DNA of 64,000 bases from Chrysomallon squamiferum (taxonomy: Eukaryota > Animalia > Mollusca): positions 6,572,001 through 6,636,000 of the forward strand of contig CM022677.1 in NCBI GenBank assembly GCA_012295275.1, in the 5' to 3' direction. Below the pieces are notes generated by a model. That model ran no database searches and was not told where the DNA came from. It saw nothing but the letters and a program-made list of their open reading frames with translations. Made by a program: the position numbers and the translations under genes. Below are positions 58,840 through 64,000 of this stretch, one piece after another (position 1 is the first letter of the stretch; the number at the start of each line of letters is the position of its first letter).

Positions 58840-60460
58840 TTTGTTGTTGTTGTTGTTGTATATTGTCTTTTTATTGATTTAAAAGATGCTATAAACATCT
58901 GCACCAAGAATAAGGACATGAGCACAGTTAACTTATTTACATTTATTATGTACATTTAAATAAATAAATAAATTAATTAATTAAAAAAAGAAATAAAATA
59001 ATAATAATAAAAATCTGATAACCGGGTTAGTATGGTCTGAAGTAAGTTTGTATAGTTTTGTTTTGAATTATTAATTTAAGTGGCTGCTCAAATTGATCTG
59101 TCAGTCAGCCGATCCATCCATAGACCAATCGCCTGTTCAACCAATCAATCTGTAAGTCAATAAATTCATTCAATTGTTGTTTATTTTTGTGTCAAAAAAG
59201 AAGAAAAGAAAAAAAAAGTCTAAAGTTTGTGTTTTGTGTTCAGAATGTGTGTTGTTACTGCAGTGAGGACTAACTCTGTCTTTCATGTTTGGTGCCAAGA
59301 TGTGAACTCAATTTTTAGTTCCTCCAGTGTATTGCTTGTCTTTCCTTGGTAAAATTTTGACACTGAAACAAGTAGTGTTTCATGGTTTCGGAGAGTCCAC
59401 AGCTTCAGTTGGGTGATGTGGTGTTGTGATATTTGTATCGGATTGCATTTAAGTTGGTTGAGTAACCAATTCTGGCTTTGGTGAGATTGTTGTTGTGTAG
59501 TTTGTTGGTGAGTGTGATTTGGGGTGTTTTGGTGAGTGGTTTGATGTTCAAGTGCCATTTGTTTTTGGTGTTGTTTCATTCGTTTTGCCACTGTTTGTCA
59601 TAATGTTTGGCTGCGATGGAGAGAATTTCATTTATTCCATAGTGTATATCGGTGCAGATGTCTTCGTCTTTGATGCTGAGTGACTCTTTGGCGTAATGGT
59701 TGCCAAGTTCGTTGCCAATGATGCTGACGTGCTGGGAAACACTCAATGATTAGTTGTTTGTTGTTGTGTTGTATGTCCTCGTGTAGATGTATTCTGCTGA
59801 GTAGGTCTGGTCTGCTGGAATGTCCGGATTGTATTGAGATGACGGAACTTAGACTGTCTGAGAATATGACTGTGTGTTTGTTGTTGTTGTGTTTCACCCA
59901 CAGCATGGCTCTGATGATGGCGACCAATTCAGCCATGCATGCTGAAAGGTGATTTCTGAACTGTATGCATGTGGGTTTGTTTGTGTGATCTTGGGTTATG
60001 AAGGTGAATCCTACTTTCCTGTTGTCTGGGTTTTGGATGTGCGTGTGCTGTTTGTAGTGGTTGTTCGCTGCTGCTAGAAATACGACCTTTTTGAAGGGTG
60101 GGAACTCTGTTTTGTCTGTTTCTGCTTTGATTAGGAAAGGTGTGTCTATTGCTAGTTTAGTTTCTTTGTGGTATGCCAGCAGTGGCATTTCCCCTATTTC
60201 TGTTTCCCTTTCGATTTTGCTCGCTGTTGTCAGGAAATTCGATAGAAGTAGACTATGTGATTTAAAGGGTTGCCCCGTTCTTTGTTGGTCGGGGACCAGA
60301 TCCTTGATGGGGTGGTCTGTGTTGAGGGTGTGTATTTTCAGGTTGTATTTCAGTAGTACAGCTTTCTTCTGTATTTGAGTGGTTGGATGCTGAATTCTGA
60401 CAGGAGGCTGTCAGACGGTGTTGTGTTTGGCAGGTGGCTGATCTGCTTAATTACCAAGTG
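58840..60460 (-). mobile_element. 5'-truncated I-group (Nimb/I-like) LINE with RNase H domain
   Basis: ORF 59628..60188 has SACMAELVAIIRAMLWV..VIFSDSLSSVISI..IIECFPA (non-LTR RNase H). C-terminal remnants are in ORF 59283. The 3' end on the minus strand has aataaa followed by a (caa)n tail at ~58840-58875. Confidence 0.8.
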
Positions 60461-61004
60461 CTTATAACAACACAGTGGGCGTAGCCTGGTTTCTCCATGC
60501 ATGACTTGACCCAGTGTCGCGTCTCACCTGACTTCACACTAGCTGTTTGTGTTCACAGTTAAAACATCAAACCCATCTTCACACTCGCAGTCAAACACAT
60601 CTTTGCCTGGTAACAAGGTAAACAGTGATGATGATAGCAGTAATGGTGGCTGAAGTAATACTAGTAGTACTGAGACATAATCTAAATTAATAAACCCTAG
60701 TTTAACAAAACTCTGACAACAGGAAAGACAACTCTGTGAAGTTCTCTGTCCCAAACTGGATGCTGAAAAATTTGTTAATTTCACGAATGTCTTTGAGTGC
60801 AAATAGTTCACTTGGATGAAGAGCAGGGATGTTTCTATGTGGGTCTCTGAACAAATATCAATAATAACAATAATAATAACAATAATAATAATAATAACAA
60901 TAATAACAACAACAATAATAATAAAAACAATTATAATAATAATAAATAAAATTAATTAAAATGTTAAATATAATATAATTACAGAAACTGTTAGTCACAA
61001 AAGG

Positions 61005-61009
<5 letters not shown>

Positions 61010-61092
<83 letters not shown>
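61010..61092. repeat. (CT)n microsatellite
   Basis: Read directly. Confidence 0.95.
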
Positions 61093-61099
<7 letters not shown>

Positions 61100-62559
61100 C
61101 TACCAATCTCGTTCTCATATTGAAAAATGTATACACATACTGACAGACAGACACACATTATCCTTCACTCTCTGAGAAACTCGCATGTGCAAACCATTTA
61201 AATCCTTTTACAGATTTGAAAATAAAAATAAGTTAAGAACCCAAGAAATGTATTTCTCACAATCAGAAGATTCCCATCAACAGTTCTAAAAGCCTTTGAA
61301 ATCATTGATGTTTATGAAGTCTCCCCTTTCTGAACCCTTGCAAGCTGAAAACAAATGTTATGTTTATGTTGCAGTTACTAAACTCACACACATCCTGTCA
61401 TTCTGTAACTTGTAACACAAATCTCTAAAGAATGTTGTCAACATTTCTATTTGAATACTGTAGTAAAAAGATTTATATTCATTTGCTAAGTGAATATTTT
61501 CTAATGAAAGATTATCAGAAAATGAACTTTAAATATCAATTTTTATTTACTTTATTTTATTATCTATTTCATCTTTATTTCATTATTTATTTATTGTTTA
61601 TTTGTTTGTATGTTTATTTTTCTTTTTTTTTTAAATTCTTTTTCTATATGAGTTACTATGACAAAAATTGTTTTATTTGTTGCTAACAAAACTTTAATGT
61701 TATTGAGCAGTGAGAAAGGAAAGTATCCAGCATTTAAATTCAAAACACACCATCATTTCAAATTATTTTGATTAACTCTAATTTGTCATTCACTTATTTT
61801 CTTTAGTAAAAATATCAAAAATCTGCTACAGATTTAAGTGTCTAGTCAAACCAATTATCTGATAACCCAAATAAAGCCTCATGACAATCATCATTAAAAT
61901 AAATAACAATAAAAACCATCTTTAATGACATTATCTGTGCTAGACATTTTTGTAAGTGACCATCAAAATCAAAAATTATTACAACTAAAATGGGCCTCAT
62001 TGTGATTATAAAAAAAATATATAAATAGGAGCAACCCCATGGGAAACTGCAAAATGCAGTATATCCAAAATACTTCCGACTACTAAGTTACCAATGTTAT
62101 TAGTAAGGACAACATTACTCCTTTAATAAATAAAAAAATAATAAACAAATAAATAAATAAGTAAATAAATAAAACAAGAACAGAACTAAAAGGAGTAAAA
62201 AATAATTATGAAAAATTTATTAACATTAAACTTATTTTAAAATTCATTCAGTCTTAGTCTTTGTTTTCTGCTCAATACTTTTATTTTTACATTATTTTTG
62301 TATTAAATATTATTATTGTTAGCAATAATAGTAGGAGCAGTAGTAGTAGTAATAGTAGAAGTAGCATAGTAGAAAATATTAACGTTCTTTTTAAAAAAAA
62401 ACACACAATTAAAACAGATGAGGTTCTTTGTCCAAATTAATTTACGCACGCACGCACATACACACATGCACACACACATTGTTTGAATGAATGTATTTTT
62501 AAATAAAATTCTTCAAGAAAAGAGAAAATCCCACCAAACAACACCCAACTGTTTCTTCC

Positions 62560-62591
<32 letters not shown>

Positions 62592-63430
62592 TAATAACAA
62601 CAACAACAACATCATAATAATAATAATAATAATAAACCATAATAAATAATAAAGAAATAAATAAATAGATAAATAATATTGTTTCTGTCCTTTTTTCAAA
62701 AAGTATACTTTAATTTTCTCCATTTGACGCCCAGCTACTTTTTAAAATGACATAATCAGAAATATACAAAATAAAAAAAATAAAAATAAATACTAATAAA
62801 AGAATATTTTATAATAAATAGACACTGAAGAGAATATTTTGTTGGCAGTATAATTATAAACAACACAAATTATGGATGATTTGTTTGTTTTCATCTGAAG
62901 AGCTGAAATGGTGAAATATCTTAGTTGTTTGATGCACATCATAACACAGACTTTTCTTTACTAAAATTATTAAACATATATAAAATCACTATCCTTTCTC
63001 TGCCTTCACATGTAAAGGCATTTTCTTCTGCAAGGTTTTGCTTCAATAAAACTGAGTTAGTTCTGACTAATGCTGTAAAAAAACAATGAAAGATATAAGC
63101 AGACACGCACGCACACACACGCACACACACTCGCACACACACACACACATTCAAATGTCCTGTATAAAAATGAAGGGGAAATTACAAATTAGCTGCTGCT
63201 TAAATACGTAAAATACTAATGGGTTATAACACGAGTGCCACTATTAATAATTTTATCGCAAATATTTATTTCACAAAAGGCTTGCTCGTAGTTCGATAAA
63301 TTTGACGTATCGGCTTACCTCGTCTAAAATGAAATCTCAAAATTCTTCATAAACTAAAATAGCCATAAAAATCAATCCTAGTTATTTAAATCAGCTGATA
63401 AGAAATTTTCAAACAAACTTTAACAAAAAT

Positions 63431-63472
<42 letters not shown>

Positions 63473-63794
63473 TATAGAATTCTACCCTTGGATTTTTCAA
63501 AAGAAATAAAAACGAAAGTAAAGCAACGTGTAATGACGACAGTGAGTAAAGTTTAACGTGTGACAAAAACAAGAAAATCGATGACTTTCCTCTACAAAAT
63601 GTGTATGCATTCAACAGTTCTTTTTAGTATTATTTTATTTATTTATTTAGAATTTTTATTTTTATTTTTTATTTTTATTCCGTACTAGAAATGAAAACGA
63701 AAACCAATAGCAAAGGTTATAGAATTATCTCCCATGATAACTTGTTCCGTTAACCAACCGATAACTCTTGAATGTTCGCTGGTTTCTCTTTACA

Positions 63795-63968
63795 ATTAGT
63801 GTTTATAAATAGATGTTGGCAAATAAGGTAAACCGATACATCCAACTTACGGAACTATGGGCAATCCTTTCATGTGAAATAAATATGTGCAATAAAATTA
63901 GTAATTATTTTTTTTGGCCGACTAAGCCATAATCTGTCTAACACCCCAGTCGCCTAAACGGAACTTTG
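63795..63968 (-). mobile_element. Long imperfect terminal-inverted-repeat-like arm, right (partner of 35264-35430; weaker third arm at ~63225-63350)
   Basis: caccccagtcgcctaaacggaactttg at 63942-63968 and gatgttggcaaat at 63812. gtagttcgataaatttgacgtatcggcttac at 63288 is a direct copy of 35366. Confidence 0.6.
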
Positions 63969-64000
63969 CTCGGATTTGGTGACCTGGCGATTGGTCATTT

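Larger units (their letters stand above)
58604..63072 (-). pseudogene. Decayed extracellular or membrane protein gene (exon-like ~62890-63072, 61261-61344, ~60705-60846, 60528-60606 EGF half, 58604-58800 Tyr-motif tail), interrupted by a LINE
   Basis: 60528-60606 reads GKDVFDCECEDGFD-FNCEHK (EGF C-terminal half with a 1-nt frameshift). The tail has NVYET and HYDPI. The other exons are called from splice signals only, and their linkage into one gene is inferred. Confidence 0.35.

Overview
Very AT-rich, microsatellite-dense animal DNA, probably a gastropod mollusc. That assignment is an inference from a recalled SINE 3' end and the repeat and EGF-gene styles. There is one 200-N scaffold gap at 31930-32129. 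The only gene I can assemble as intact is a 4-exon, ~150-aa TNF-receptor-superfamily gene on the minus strand (339-1693). It has a signal peptide, two-plus cysteine-rich domains and a short stalk, but apparently no full transmembrane or cytoplasmic region, so it looks like a decoy receptor. The rest of the window is mostly duplicated and decayed sequence: a ~5-6 kb tandem segmental duplication (2.2-8.2 kb and 9.2-14.2 kb), two decayed copies of a multi-EGF/cbEGF gene (17.5-18.8 kb and 31.5-35.1 kb), an ankyrin-repeat pseudogene, and several spliced pseudogene remnants of receptor-like genes. Transposon relics include a nested stack (LINE > piggyBac > Ginger2/KRBA2-like), Gypsy, Copia-like, Tx1/L1, I/Nimb-like LINE, Harbinger/ISL2EU, a Tc2-like end and a SINE. 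A pair of long imperfect inverted repeats lies 28.7 kb apart. All calls were made by eye; no database searches were run.
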